DNA of 63,035 bases, filler included, from Octopus bimaculoides (Eukaryota), in assembly GCF_001194135.2 (NCBI RefSeq). It is 6 parts of 6 records of this genome, joined end to end, with 100 filler letters (N's around TTAATTAATTAA, not from the genome) between each part and the next. Parts side by side here need not be neighbours in the genome. Positions count along the whole stretch, not along the records: positions 61,098 to 63,035 come from NW_026401360.1; 5 more parts are not named here. One strand, given 5' to 3'. The position numbers and the translations under genes are program-made. Positions 62,737 through 63,035 of the stretch are shown here, in pieces. The notes beneath the pieces are model-generated. The model saw only the letters and a program-made list of their open reading frames with translations, ran no database searches and was not told the origin of the DNA. Position 1 is the stretch's first letter. Each line of letters begins with the position of its first letter.

Positions 62737-63035
62737 CTTGTACAGAAAATAGACTCCATCAATGCCATGAGGGTAAGCTAGAGGTAGTAGATAGCTTCTG
62801 TTACCTAGGCGATCGAGTTAGCAGAGGTGGATGCTCCAAGAGCATAGCTGTCAGAATAAGATTAGGCTGGGCAAAGTTCATAGAGTGCCTACCTCTGCTG
62901 GCAACAAAGGGCCTCTCTCTCTGAGAGAAAGGCAAATTGTGTGATGCCTGTGTGCGAAGAGTTATGCTACATGGTAGTGGAACACAGGCTGTGACAGCTG
63001 AGGACATGCATAGGCTTGAAAGAAATGAAGCCAGT
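62737..63035 (+). mobile_element. RTE LINE fragment (same family as 33898-35220), runs off the window
   Basis: GKLEVVDSFCYLGDRVSRGG, RIRLGWAKF..LPLLATKGLSL, MLHGS, DMHRLERNEAS. Confidence 0.85.

Overview
Eukaryotic, AT-rich, microsatellite-dense draft-assembly window with many N gaps. The repeat families, the intronless C2H2 zinc-finger gene and the 100-bp gap linkers suggest an octopus (cephalopod) genome; this is an inference from recalled repeat sequences, not a database result. One clear protein-coding gene is present: a 776-aa C2H2 zinc-finger protein (36849-39179, +) with a probable CpG-rich promoter and 5'UTR exons at about 31.5-32.8 kb. Most of the rest is transposon debris: three tRNA-derived SINE families, R4/Dong, RTE, CR1 and Tx1 LINE fragments, Penelope-like elements, mariner, pogo/Tigger, hAT and a Helitron end. 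The main observations are: (1) eight full-length type I hammerhead ribozyme motifs from several unrelated repeat families, one with an intact core (19434-19496) and one a single base from canonical (49160-49251); (2) a 337-bp near-perfect palindrome next to an inverted Penelope pair; (3) a roughly 1-kb tract with a RIP-like dinucleotide signature at 61.1-62.1 kb; (4) a triplet-module zinc-finger array with shortened linkers before atypical Phe-Phe fingers; (5) CpG-decay domains flanking the promoter. All structures were read and counted by hand; boundaries of old repeats are approximate.
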